This document shows, piece after piece, positions 1 to 8,436 of a stretch of DNA of 64,000 bases. Made by a program: the position numbers and the translations under genes. This DNA is from Candidatus Humicultor tengchongensis. GTDB lineage: Bacteria; Sysuimicrobiota; Sysuimicrobiia; Sysuimicrobiales; Humicultoraceae. Position 1 is the stretch's first letter; the number at the start of each line of letters is the position of its first letter. The DNA is taken from positions 596 through 64,595 of the forward strand of contig JAVKIA010000002.1 in the NCBI GenBank assembly GCA_031459715.1, in the 5' to 3' direction. The notes under the pieces were generated by a model. That model saw only the letters and a program-made list of their open reading frames with translations. It was not told the DNA's origin and did not search any database.

Positions 1-666
1 GAGAACACGTACTACGAGGACAAGTTTGCCGTGATGTGGAACAACAACATCAGCGGGTTCGAGCAGAGCGGCTGCTTCGCCACCTGCCACGCCGGGGAGA
101 AGCCTGCGGGGAGCGCCTACGGCAACAAGTACACGCCCAACCCGGGCGAATGGGGCGATATCTGGCACTGGAAGGCCGTGCGCACTAACCCCGTCGGCTA
201 TATTGATGACCAGTACGTTGACAGCGCCCGCTACGACAAGGACAAGGCCCCCGAGGCGGGAAGGCACTCCGACCCCAAGACAGGTGGAGGATACACGGAT
301 AACAAGACTGCGGATGGCAAGCTCCCTGCCTTCGCCCTGCCGGGGAACAAGCCGGCACCGCCGTTCTGGATTCTGGACGCGGAGAAGACGCCGTTTGACA
401 ACAGCAAGTACAAGGCGGGCGACCAGGTCCCCGGCATCATCGTCGCGCCCTTCGCGGGTGACCGCGGGGATATCCGGGCCAAAGGCGTATACGCCAACGG
501 CCAGTGGTCGCTGGAGTGGGGGCGGAAGCTGACCACCCCCGGTGAGAAGGACGTCCAGTTCAAGGATCTGTCCAAGGCCTACGCCTTCGGGATCGCCGTC
601 TTCGACAACGCGCAGGTCCGCCACTCTTTCCAGATGGGCGTGGCCCGCATGGTCTTCCAGCGGTAG
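1..666 (+). CDS. 5'-truncated CDS: ethylbenzene-dehydrogenase-like (EB_dh) heme-binding domain protein, DMSO-reductase-family gamma-subunit-like
   Basis: Frame 1 is open from the window edge (ENTYYEDKFAVMWNN...) to the stop at 664-666. Motif SGCFATCHAG and the Gly/Pro/Lys/Asp-rich soluble composition resemble EB_dh heme domains. Family recalled from memory, not searched. Confidence 0.4.
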   Translation, partial: ENTYYEDKFAVMWNNNISGFEQSGCFATCHAGEKPAGSAYGNKYTPNPGEWGDIWHWKAVRTNPVGYIDDQYVDSARYDKDKAPEAGRHSDPKTGGGYTDNKTADGKLPAFALPGNKPAPPFWILDAEKTPFDNSKYKAGDQVPGIIVAPFAGDRGDIRAKGVYANGQWSLEWGRKLTTPGEKDVQFKDLSKAYAFGIAVFDNAQVRHSFQMGVARMVFQR

Positions 667-766
667 GTAGAGGGACTTCGATCTCCTCCCCAGGGGCGGC
701 GCCGACCCGGCGCCGCCCCTGAACTTTCCCGCACCGAGCGGCGCAGCACCTAAAGGAGGACCGCGG

Positions 767-1030
767 ATGGGCCGTCCGCCCGATGGCGGCTGGTGGTGGC
801 AGGCCCTACGGTCAAGGTGGTGGCGCGCCGCAACGGACGGAAGTGAAGAGATGACCATCGAGGAACTCCTGGCAACGGCCTACAGCGCCGAGCGGCAGCG
901 GTATCTGGCAGAACGGCGCCTGCAGCGGGAGGTGAAGCGCGCCTCCCTGCGGCCGCGGGAAGCGTATCCCGCCCCCCTGCCGAACCGCCTCCACCGCGGT
1001 CACACTGACCGTCGGCGGCGCGCCGCCTGA
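767..1030 (+). CDS. hypothetical small Arg-rich protein
   Basis: ATG at 767 preceded by AAAGGAGGA with 6-nt spacing. 87 aa. No recognisable domain. Confidence 0.25.
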   Translation: MGRPPDGGWWWQALRSRWWRAATDGSEEMTIEELLATAYSAERQRYLAERRLQREVKRASLRPREAYPAPLPNRLHRGHTDRRRRAA

Positions 1031-1196
1031 GGTCTCACCTGAGACGGTAACCCGGCGCTCCGCTCCCTCCTCTCGCCGGAGTAGTGGCCCTTCCGAACCA
1101 GAGGCGGTCACCCCAAGGGCCCAGCGGCGATGGATGCCGCATCCGATGGGCGCTCCAGGGAGGAAGACATAGCCTGAGAGTGCGGAGGTGGCGGTC

Positions 1197-1514
1197 ATGC
1201 TGGATGAGATCGATCTGCTCCGCGCATACCGGCGCAGCCTGCGGGGGGCTCGGATCGGGTCCAAGCTGGCTCTAGAACAGCACCACGACACGATGCGGCG
1301 GGAGCGCGAAAGGCGCCGCCGTGAGCGACTGGTTGCCAGGGAAGCCCTTCTCCGGGAGCGAGAACGCACGGCCTACCTCCTGGAGGACTACAAACGGACC
1401 TTTGCCCAGGCCCAGGCGGAGGCCAAAGAGTACCAGGCCATCCTGGAGCGGGCGAAGGAGGAGGGGCGCTACCTGCTGCGCATCCTGGAGCTGCTGAGGA
1501 AGCGGGCCGCCTGA
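1197..1514 (+). CDS. hypothetical coiled-coil protein (Arg/Glu-rich)
   Basis: ATG at 1197 with GGAGGTGG 6 nt upstream. RRERERRRRERL...EAKEYQAILERAKEE looks like a heptad pattern. No domain recognised. Confidence 0.3.
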   Translation: MLDEIDLLRAYRRSLRGARIGSKLALEQHHDTMRRERERRRRERLVAREALLRERERTAYLLEDYKRTFAQAQAEAKEYQAILERAKEEGRYLLRILELLRKRAA

Positions 1515-1736
1515 CCGCTCCACGTCGCCCTCCCCGTACCCGATCTCCTACATTCCACGCAGTTGGTCATCCGGTGAAGCTGTGCACATGAACGGAGCCC
1601 CGGGCTGCATAGAAACCCGGCGCCGCCTGTTCCTCCTAGTGCACACGTAGCCCAAATGGTGCGAACGCATCATGCCTAGCGTGCGAGGCGCACATATGAT
1701 TGAAGCAACAAGAAGGGAACGTTGCGGGGAGGGTTG

Positions 1737-1979
1737 ATGGGCAGGGTTGCACCGGGACAGCCGTCCGGGAAGCGCTTCCTTTCCCGCCGGGAGGTGGCTC
1801 TGCTCTTCGACGTCTCCGCGCACACCGTCTACCGCTGGACCCGGGAGGGACGACTCCCCTACATCATGACCCCCGGGGGTAGACGACGGTATCCGAAGGA
1901 GGAGATCGACCGCCTGGCGGCCGCCTGGCTGCGGGTGCGTCGCGGCGAAGACCGTGCGCCCGAGGGGCGCAGACCATAG
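1737..1979 (+). CDS. excisionase-family (MerR-superfamily) helix-turn-helix DNA-binding protein
   Basis: LLFDVSAHTVYRWTREGRLPYIMTPGGRRRYPKEEIDRL matches the excisionase/AlpA-type HTH pattern. ATG at 1737 after GGGAGGG. The track ORF begins at TTG 1722. Confidence 0.6.
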   Translation: MGRVAPGQPSGKRFLSRREVALLFDVSAHTVYRWTREGRLPYIMTPGGRRRYPKEEIDRLAAAWLRVRRGEDRAPEGRRP

Positions 1980-2002
1980 CAGAGGGTTAGGGGGGACAGC
2001 GG

Positions 2003-3130
2003 ATGGACAGACGTAGCATCCGGCGGGCCGCGCTGGTGGCGGGCATTGTTCTGGCCTTGGTGGCGGGCTCGATCGTGCTGGTGCGGGCGCAGGCGGATAT
2101 GCGGGCTCAGTGGGCTCGCTCAAAGCACGCCAACCGGGAGCTGCCCCGCCTGGAGGCGACCGTGGAGCGCCGCGGCGCGCTGGCCGCTCACTGTGGGCGC
2201 TGTCACGCAGAGCAGGGCTACCTGGCCTGGCTGCCGCAACTGGAGGGAGGCAACCCCGGCCTGATCACCAGGCCCGACGGCAGCCCGGCGGACGAGGCCT
2301 ACCTCTCCAGCCTGGGCCTCAACCGCTTCTCCGTGCGACCGGTCACCTGCACCACCTGCCACCAGGCCAACTTCAAGCTGCGGGTCACAGCCACCACCCC
2401 GGTGCTCCCGGCAGGCTTCCGCGCCGTGGGCGTGGGCCTGGGGGCGCAGTGTATGACCTGCCACAATACCCGTAACGGGGCCATCACCTGGAACGCTCCC
2501 GACCCCAGGCGCTACACAGCGCCGCACACAGCGGCACAGGCGGACGTGCTCATGGGCAAGAACGCCTTCTTCGTGCCACCGGCGGAGGCGACCATCTCGC
2601 CCCACGCCACCTTCATCGGCGACGCCTGCGTCACCTGCCACGTGCGCTTCAACAAGGAGAGCCACACCTTCAAGGCGCCGGAGGGAGTGTGCATCCGCTG
2701 CCATGGGGCGGATGTGACCGCGGCGCGCGTGAAAAGCAGCATCGAAACCCTGCTGCACGAGGTGGAGAAGGCCATCGCCTCCCGGGTGATGGCGGCGAAG
2801 GACCGGATTGCCATCATCCGGAACTGGGACCCCCAGACCGACAAGTACACGGACAACTTTAAGGTGGACCCGGCGCAGATCGTCTCGGTGAACCTGGTGG
2901 AGATCCACGGGCAGCAGGGGCTGAAGTTCAACCTGCGCGCCGGCGGGGCCTGGTACAGCCAGCTGGGCAGCGTGGTGGACCCCGCGGGGAAGCCGGTGTT
3001 CGCTACCGGCGATCCCATCGTCCGTGCCGGCTGGAACTTCTTCCTCATCGAGGGCGACGACAGCTTCGGCGTGCACAATCCGCGCTTCGCGCGGACGGTG
3101 CTGCTGGCGACGCTGGACGCCCTGAAGTAG
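2003..3130 (+). CDS. membrane-anchored pentaheme cytochrome c
   Basis: N-terminal hydrophobic anchor (AALVAGIVLALVAGSIVLV). Five CxxCH motifs: CGRCH, CTTCH, CMTCH, CVTCH, CIRCH. Confidence 0.8.
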   Translation: MDRRSIRRAALVAGIVLALVAGSIVLVRAQADMRAQWARSKHANRELPRLEATVERRGALAAHCGRCHAEQGYLAWLPQLEGGNPGLITRPDGSPADEAYLSSLGLNRFSVRPVTCTTCHQANFKLRVTATTPVLPAGFRAVGVGLGAQCMTCHNTRNGAITWNAPDPRRYTAPHTAAQADVLMGKNAFFVPPAEATISPHATFIGDACVTCHVRFNKESHTFKAPEGVCIRCHGADVTAARVKSSIETLLHEVEKAIASRVMAAKDRIAIIRNWDPQTDKYTDNFKVDPAQIVSVNLVEIHGQQGLKFNLRAGGAWYSQLGSVVDPAGKPVFATGDPIVRAGWNFFLIEGDDSFGVHNPRFARTVLLATLDALK

Positions 3131-3213
3131 GCCCTCCCTATGCCCTCTCCCTGCGATCCGCAGCGTCAGGGTCGCAGGGAGTGGCATTGCTGAGCGAAAG
3201 GGGGCTGGGGCGG

Positions 3214-4053
3214 ATGCGGGTCATCCCCTACGCCGACGTGGTTGCCGCCGTGAGACGGCTCTGCCTGGAGGCGGCGATCCGTCTCCCTGCAGACGTCTGG
3301 GAGGCACTACGCGCGGCGCGGCAGCGGGAGCAGTCGCCGCTGGGGCGCCGCGTGCTAGACGAGATCCTGGAAAACGACGAGCTGGCGGCGCGGGAAGCGG
3401 TGCCCATGTGCCAGGACACCGGCACGGCTGTGGTATTCGCCGAGCTGGGCGAGGACGCCCGGGTGGAAGGCGGTCTCTCCCAGGCCATCGACGAAGGTGT
3501 GCGCCAGGGCTACAGGGACGCCTACCTGCGCAAGTCCATCGTCGCCGACCCGCTGCGCCGGCGGAACACCGGAGACAATACCCCGGCGGTGGTGCACGTG
3601 GAACTGGTGCCCGGCGACCGCCTGCGCCTGACCCTGCTGCCCAAAGGCGGAGGGGCGGAGAACATGAGCCGGGCCACCATGCTGGCTCCCGCCCAGGGGG
3701 AGGCCGGCGTGCGCGCCTTCGTCCTGCAAACCGTGGAGACCGCCGGACCCAACGCCTGCCCTCCGCTGATCGTGGGGGTGGGAATCGGAGGGACCTTCGA
3801 CAGTGTGGGGCTGCTGGCCAAGCGGGCGCTGTTGCGGCCGGTGGGGGAGCGGCATCCCGATCCCTACTATGCGGCCATGGAGGAGGATCTCCTGGAGGCG
3901 ATAAACGGTCTCGGCCTGGGACCTATGGGCTACGGCGGCACCGTCACGGCCCTGGACGTGCACATCGAGGCCGCCCCCTGTCACATCGCCAGCCTTCCGG
4001 TGGCGGTCAACCTGCAGTGCCACGCCGCGCGGGTGGCACGCACGGAGGTGTGA
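3214..4053 (+). CDS. fumA: class I fumarate hydratase / Fe-S hydro-lyase, alpha subunit
   Basis: MRVIPYADVVAAVRRLC..., CQDTGTAVVF, GGGAENMS and PCHIASLPVAVNLQCH look like the Fe-S hydro-lyase alpha (FumA/TtdA N-terminal) family. ATG at 3214; the track ORF begins at GTG 3181. Confidence 0.85.
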   Translation: MRVIPYADVVAAVRRLCLEAAIRLPADVWEALRAARQREQSPLGRRVLDEILENDELAAREAVPMCQDTGTAVVFAELGEDARVEGGLSQAIDEGVRQGYRDAYLRKSIVADPLRRRNTGDNTPAVVHVELVPGDRLRLTLLPKGGGAENMSRATMLAPAQGEAGVRAFVLQTVETAGPNACPPLIVGVGIGGTFDSVGLLAKRALLRPVGERHPDPYYAAMEEDLLEAINGLGLGPMGYGGTVTALDVHIEAAPCHIASLPVAVNLQCHAARVARTEV

Positions 4054-4054
4054 G

Positions 4055-4633
4055 ATGGCAGAGGCGGAGATGGCGGTGCGACGCCTGACCACACCCTGGT
4101 CCGAGGAGGTAGTGGAGAGCCTGCGGGCCGGGGGCCAGGTTCTGATCAGCGGTGTGATCTACGGCGCGCGCGACGCGGCGCACAAACGGATGGTGGAGAC
4201 CCTGGAGCGCGGCGAGGCGTTGCCGGTGGACCTGCATGGCCAGGTGATCTACTACGTGGGGCCCACACCGGCGCGACCGGGAGAGGTGATCGGCTCGGCA
4301 GGGCCCACCACCAGCGGCCGCATGGATGCCTACAGCCCCACCCTGCTGGCCCACGGGCTGAAGGGGATGATCGGCAAGGGGTACCGCTCGGCGGAGGTGC
4401 TGCAGGCGCTGCGGCGGCACAGAGCGGTCTACCTGACGGCCACGGGTGGAGCCGGGGCACTGCTGGCCCGCCGCATCCGCCGCGCCGACGTCCTGGCCTA
4501 CCCCGATCTGGGACCGGAGGCGCTCTTCCGCTTCGAGGTGGAGGAGTTCCCGGCCATCGTTGTCAACGATGCGCACGGCGGCGACCTCTACGCCGAAGGC
4601 CGCAAGGCTTACCGCCGCGTGGTGTTGGCTTAG
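4055..4633 (+). CDS. fumB: class I fumarate hydratase, beta subunit
   Basis: GGQVLISGVIYGARDAAHKR...YYVGPTP...KGMIGKGYRS looks like the Fe-S hydro-lyase beta family. Start 2 nt after the alpha-subunit stop. Confidence 0.85.
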   Translation: MAEAEMAVRRLTTPWSEEVVESLRAGGQVLISGVIYGARDAAHKRMVETLERGEALPVDLHGQVIYYVGPTPARPGEVIGSAGPTTSGRMDAYSPTLLAHGLKGMIGKGYRSAEVLQALRRHRAVYLTATGGAGALLARRIRRADVLAYPDLGPEALFRFEVEEFPAIVVNDAHGGDLYAEGRKAYRRVVLA

Positions 4634-4707
4634 TCCACCGGATCTGCCCCCGATGCCGCGGCCGCGCGCCGTTCTCTGAGCAGCAGACTGAGCGCGGAGC
4701 ACGCACA

Positions 4708-6417
4708 GTGGAGATCATCACACACGACCTGGTCATCCTGGGCGCCGGGCTGGCTGGCCTGCGGGCGGCGCTGGAGGCCGCGGCCGTCTCCCGGGGCGCG
4801 CTGGACATCGCCCTGGTCTCCAAAGTCCAGCTCATGCGCGCCCACTCCGTAGCCGCGGAGGGCGGCACGGCGGCGGTGCTGCGTCCCGAAGAAGGGGACA
4901 GCCTGGAGCTGCATGCCTGGGACACGGTGAAGGGCAGCGACTTCCTGGCCGACCAGGACGCGGTGGACCTCTTCGTGCGCACCATGCCCCAGGAGATCCT
5001 GCGGCTGGAGCACTGGGGACTGCCCTGGTCCCGCCGCCCCGACGGACGCATCGCCCAGCGGCCCTTCGGCGGCCACTCCTTCCCCCGCGCCGTCTACGCC
5101 GCAGACAAGACGGGGTTCTTCGAGATGCAGACCCTCTACGATACCCTGCAGCGCCACACCCAGATCCGGCGCTACGACGAGTGCTTCGTCACCGCCCTGG
5201 TGGTCGAGGAGGGGACCTACCGCGGCCTGGTGGCCATGGACCTGAAGAGCGGCAGGCTGCTGGCGCTGCGCAGCAAAGCGCTGATCATCGCCAGCGGCGG
5301 AGCGGGCCGCCTCTACCACTTCACCACCTACTCCCAGACGGTGACCGGCGACGGCCTGGCCCTGGCCTATCGCGCCGGGATCCCGCTCAAGGACATGGAG
5401 TTCGTCCAGTTCCACCCCACCGGGCTGGTGCCATCGGGCATCCTCATCAGCGAGGCGGCGCGGGGCGAAGGCGGCTACCTCATCAACCGGGAGGGAGAGC
5501 GGTTCCTGGAGCGCTACGCGCCGCAGCGCATGGAGCTCGCCCCGCGGGACATCATCTCCCGCTCCATGATGACGGAGATCGAGGAGGGGCGGGCCTACCC
5601 CCGGCCCGACGGTCTGGACTACCTCCTGCTGGACCTGCGCCACCTGGGCGGGGCCAGGATCAACGAGCGCCTGCCCTTCATCCGCGAGCTGGCCATCAAG
5701 TTCGCCGGCATCGACCCCATTGAGCAACCGATTCCTGTGCGCCCGGTGGCCCACTACTCCATGGGCGGTATCCACACCGACCTGCGGGGGGCCACGCCGC
5801 TGCGGGGCGTATGGGCGGCCGGGGAGGCGGCCTGCGTCTCCGTCCACGGGGCCAACCGCCTGGGGACCAACTCCACGGCGGAGTGCCTGGCCTGGGGAGG
5901 CTTCACCGGCTCGGACGCGGCGCGCTTCGCCGCAGAGGCTGAGCTCCTGCCTCTTCCCGAAGGCGCCGTGGCCGACCAGGAGCGGCGCCTCTCCCAGCTC
6001 TTGCAGGCGGAAGGGACGGAGAGCCCCTACCAGATCCGCGTCGCCCTGCAGGAGACTATGGACCGACACGTGGGCGTCTTCCGCACGGCCGAAGGACTGC
6101 TCCGGGCGCTGCAGCGGATCAAGGAGCTTCAGGAACGAGCCCGCCGGCTGCGGGTGAGCGACCGGGGGTGCATCTACAATACTGACCTGGTGACCTGCCT
6201 GGAGCTGCAGAACCTGCTGGAGGTCGCCGAGGTGGTGGCGGCCGGTGCCCTGGCCCGCACCGAGTCGCGGGGGGCGCAGGCGCGGCGCGACTTCCCTCGG
6301 CGGGACGATGTGCGCTGGCTGGTACACACCACGGCCGTGCGCACTCCTGACGGCCCGCGGTTGTCCACGTGGCCGGTACCGATCACCCGGTGGCAGCCGG
6401 TGGAGCGTACCTACTGA
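4708..6417 (+). CDS. sdhA: succinate dehydrogenase/fumarate reductase flavoprotein subunit
   Basis: GTG start. LVILGAGLAGLRAALEAA FAD-binding Rossmann motif, RSMMTEIEEGR, HYSMGGI. About 569 aa. Confidence 0.9.
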   Translation: MEIITHDLVILGAGLAGLRAALEAAAVSRGALDIALVSKVQLMRAHSVAAEGGTAAVLRPEEGDSLELHAWDTVKGSDFLADQDAVDLFVRTMPQEILRLEHWGLPWSRRPDGRIAQRPFGGHSFPRAVYAADKTGFFEMQTLYDTLQRHTQIRRYDECFVTALVVEEGTYRGLVAMDLKSGRLLALRSKALIIASGGAGRLYHFTTYSQTVTGDGLALAYRAGIPLKDMEFVQFHPTGLVPSGILISEAARGEGGYLINREGERFLERYAPQRMELAPRDIISRSMMTEIEEGRAYPRPDGLDYLLLDLRHLGGARINERLPFIRELAIKFAGIDPIEQPIPVRPVAHYSMGGIHTDLRGATPLRGVWAAGEAACVSVHGANRLGTNSTAECLAWGGFTGSDAARFAAEAELLPLPEGAVADQERRLSQLLQAEGTESPYQIRVALQETMDRHVGVFRTAEGLLRALQRIKELQERARRLRVSDRGCIYNTDLVTCLELQNLLEVAEVVAAGALARTESRGAQARRDFPRRDDVRWLVHTTAVRTPDGPRLSTWPVPITRWQPVERTY

Positions 6418-6434
6418 AGGACGGGGGTGAGACC

Positions 6435-6887
6435 ATGCGCAGCGGTGGAGCGGCGAGGCTGCAGGTTCGGCGGCGGCTGGGGGTGCGGGGGTGGATATAC
6501 GCCGGCCGGTACGGGATCGACCGGTACCTGTACGTGCTGCAACGCGTCAGCGGCCTGGGTCTGGTCCTCTATCTCCTCCTGCACATCTACGAGACCGGTG
6601 CGCGTCTGCGGGGCGAGGCGGCCTGGACGGCCACCATGGCCCTTTTCCGCCATCCGGTCTTCGTCTTCCTGGAGTTCGTCGTCTTCGCCGGCTTCATCTA
6701 CCACGCCCTCAATGGGGTGCGCCTGATGGTCGCCGAACTGGGATGGCTGCTGGGTGCGCCGGCGCGTCCGGTTTACCCGTACGGCAGCTCGCTAAGCCGC
6801 CACCGACCCTGGGTCTATGCGCTGATGCTGCTGGGCGGCGTCCTGCTGGCTTTGGCCGCCACCGACATCTTTGCCTTGCCAGGTTGA
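6435..6887 (+). CDS. sdhC: succinate dehydrogenase cytochrome b subunit
   Basis: Three predicted TM helices with His residues (YLLLHIYETG, IYHALNG). Sits directly after sdhA with GGGGGTGA 5 nt before the ATG. Confidence 0.6.
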   Translation: MRSGGAARLQVRRRLGVRGWIYAGRYGIDRYLYVLQRVSGLGLVLYLLLHIYETGARLRGEAAWTATMALFRHPVFVFLEFVVFAGFIYHALNGVRLMVAELGWLLGAPARPVYPYGSSLSRHRPWVYALMLLGGVLLALAATDIFALPG

Positions 6888-7004
6888 CGTAAGGAAGGAC
6901 CGCCGGGGGACGGAGGGGGTTATTGCCGATGCAACGACATGTGTGGGAATCGACGGACCGTCGTTGCACGCACACGTGGCCGCAGCGGCACGAGGGGTGT
7001 GGTC

Positions 7005-7364
7005 ATGGGTGAGTCTCGCTGGTGGTTGATCTCTCTGGCCGCGGCGGCGCTGATGGTGGTCCTGCTCACCATCCACATGGGGCTGATGCACCTCACCGGC
7101 TTGCTGCGCGCTACCGGCGTGGACCTGGGCGACGTACGCTCCTTCGCCGAGGTGACGGCCCGGGGGCGCAGCGTGACGCAACTGGTCTTCTACCTGCTAC
7201 TCCTGGCCGCCGCCCTCTACCACGGGCTCTACGGGCTGCGCAGCGTCCTGCTGGAAGTGACCCCTCCCAGGGGCCAGGGGCTGATCTCCGGTCTGGTGCT
7301 GCTGGCCGGGTTGGTGGCCTTCGCCTACGGGGCCTACGTCACCGTTAGAACGTTTACCGGATGA
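7005..7364 (+). CDS. sdhD: succinate dehydrogenase hydrophobic membrane anchor subunit
   Basis: Three TM helices, ALYHGLYG motif. Position is between sdhC and sdhB. Start ATG 7005 chosen within the track ORF 6939..7364. Confidence 0.5.
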   Translation: MGESRWWLISLAAAALMVVLLTIHMGLMHLTGLLRATGVDLGDVRSFAEVTARGRSVTQLVFYLLLLAAALYHGLYGLRSVLLEVTPPRGQGLISGLVLLAGLVAFAYGAYVTVRTFTG

Positions 7365-8239
7365 GGGCCGCAGACAGAATGAGGAAGCAAGCCGCACCGG
7401 ACTCGGCCGCAGCGACCGTGACCCTGCGCGTCTTCCGGTTTCACCCGGAGGCCGCTGCCTCCCCGCGGTATCAGGACTACCGGGTACCGGCTGCCCCGGG
7501 CATGACCGTGCTCGAGGCCCTCGTATGCATCAAAGAGCACCTGGACGCCACCCTGGCTTACCGCTCCTCATGCCGTATGGGCATCTGCGGCTCCTGCGGT
7601 ATGTTCGTCAACGGCTTTCCCCGGCTGGCCTGCCAGACGCAGGTGCAGACGCTCGGCTCCCTGGTGCAGGTTGGGCCTCTGCCCAACTACCCGGTGATCC
7701 GCGACGTCGTGCCCGACCTGGAGCCGATGGTAACCCACCACGCCGCCGTGCGTCCCTTCATCATCCGGGATGAACGGGAGCAGGAACCTCCCACCACGGA
7801 GTACCTGCAGACGCCGGGGGAGCTGGAGGCCTACCTGCAATTCGCCTACTGCATCAAGTGCGGCCTCTGCCTGGCCGCCTGCCCCACCGTGGCCACCGAC
7901 CCGGCCTTCACCGGTCCGCAGGCTCTGGCTCAGGCGTACCGGTACAGCGCCGACTCCCGCGATTGGGGCTTCACCGCGCGCCGCGCCGCCGTCGACCACC
8001 CGCATGGCCTCTGGCGTTGCCACCTGGCCGGCGCGTGTACGGAAGCCTGTCCCAAAGGCGTGGACCCGGCTCTGGCCATCCAGCTGTTGAAGCGCCTGGC
8101 ACTGGCCGCTGCGCTGGGCATGGGCCGGCGACGCCCCGCCCCGCTGGCTCCGCCCCCCGTGGCGGTTCAGCGGCGCCCCGACATCCCCGCTCCTCCGCCT
8201 CCAATCGTGGGGGCGAGTCCCGCTGCCGACCCGACCTGA
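7361..8239 (+). CDS. sdhB: succinate dehydrogenase iron-sulfur subunit with Pro-rich C-terminal tail
   Basis: CRMGICGSCGM (2Fe-2S), CIKCGLCLAACP (4Fe-4S), CHLAGACTEACPKG (3Fe-4S). Start overlaps the sdhD stop. Tail PAPLAPPPVAVQRRPDIPAPPPPIV. Confidence 0.9.
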   Translation: MRAADRMRKQAAPDSAAATVTLRVFRFHPEAAASPRYQDYRVPAAPGMTVLEALVCIKEHLDATLAYRSSCRMGICGSCGMFVNGFPRLACQTQVQTLGSLVQVGPLPNYPVIRDVVPDLEPMVTHHAAVRPFIIRDEREQEPPTTEYLQTPGELEAYLQFAYCIKCGLCLAACPTVATDPAFTGPQALAQAYRYSADSRDWGFTARRAAVDHPHGLWRCHLAGACTEACPKGVDPALAIQLLKRLALAAALGMGRRRPAPLAPPPVAVQRRPDIPAPPPPIVGASPAADPT

Positions 8240-8436
8240 CACCAAACATCTGCTCGGGGTTCATACATTCCTCACCCGTTGACCGTCCCGGTCGAAGGTC
8301 GGTACCGTTATGGTACGGGTAGTCTCTAGCGCGGCGGCGCTTCCGCCCATGTTGCCCGCCATCGGTTCGGGAGGATGTGAGAGACGGTTACAGACGGCAG
8401 CGGGAAGAGGATTCTGTCGCATGGGGAGGTGATGAT

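Noticed and set aside
5181-6157. + strand internal ORFs 5181..5723 and 5720..6157 inside sdhA
   Set aside because: These are alternative frames of sdhA with Arg/Pro/Gly-rich composition. They have no start context.
4630-6327. 565-aa minus-strand ORF antisense to sdhA. Similar long antisense ORFs are 9214..10362, 21115..23607, 35176..37011, 39337..40884 and 43786..45534.
   Set aside because: Pro/Arg/Gly-rich low-complexity translations lying exactly opposite well-supported genes. This is the typical stop-codon-poor antisense frame of ~68% GC DNA. There are no RBSs and no motifs.
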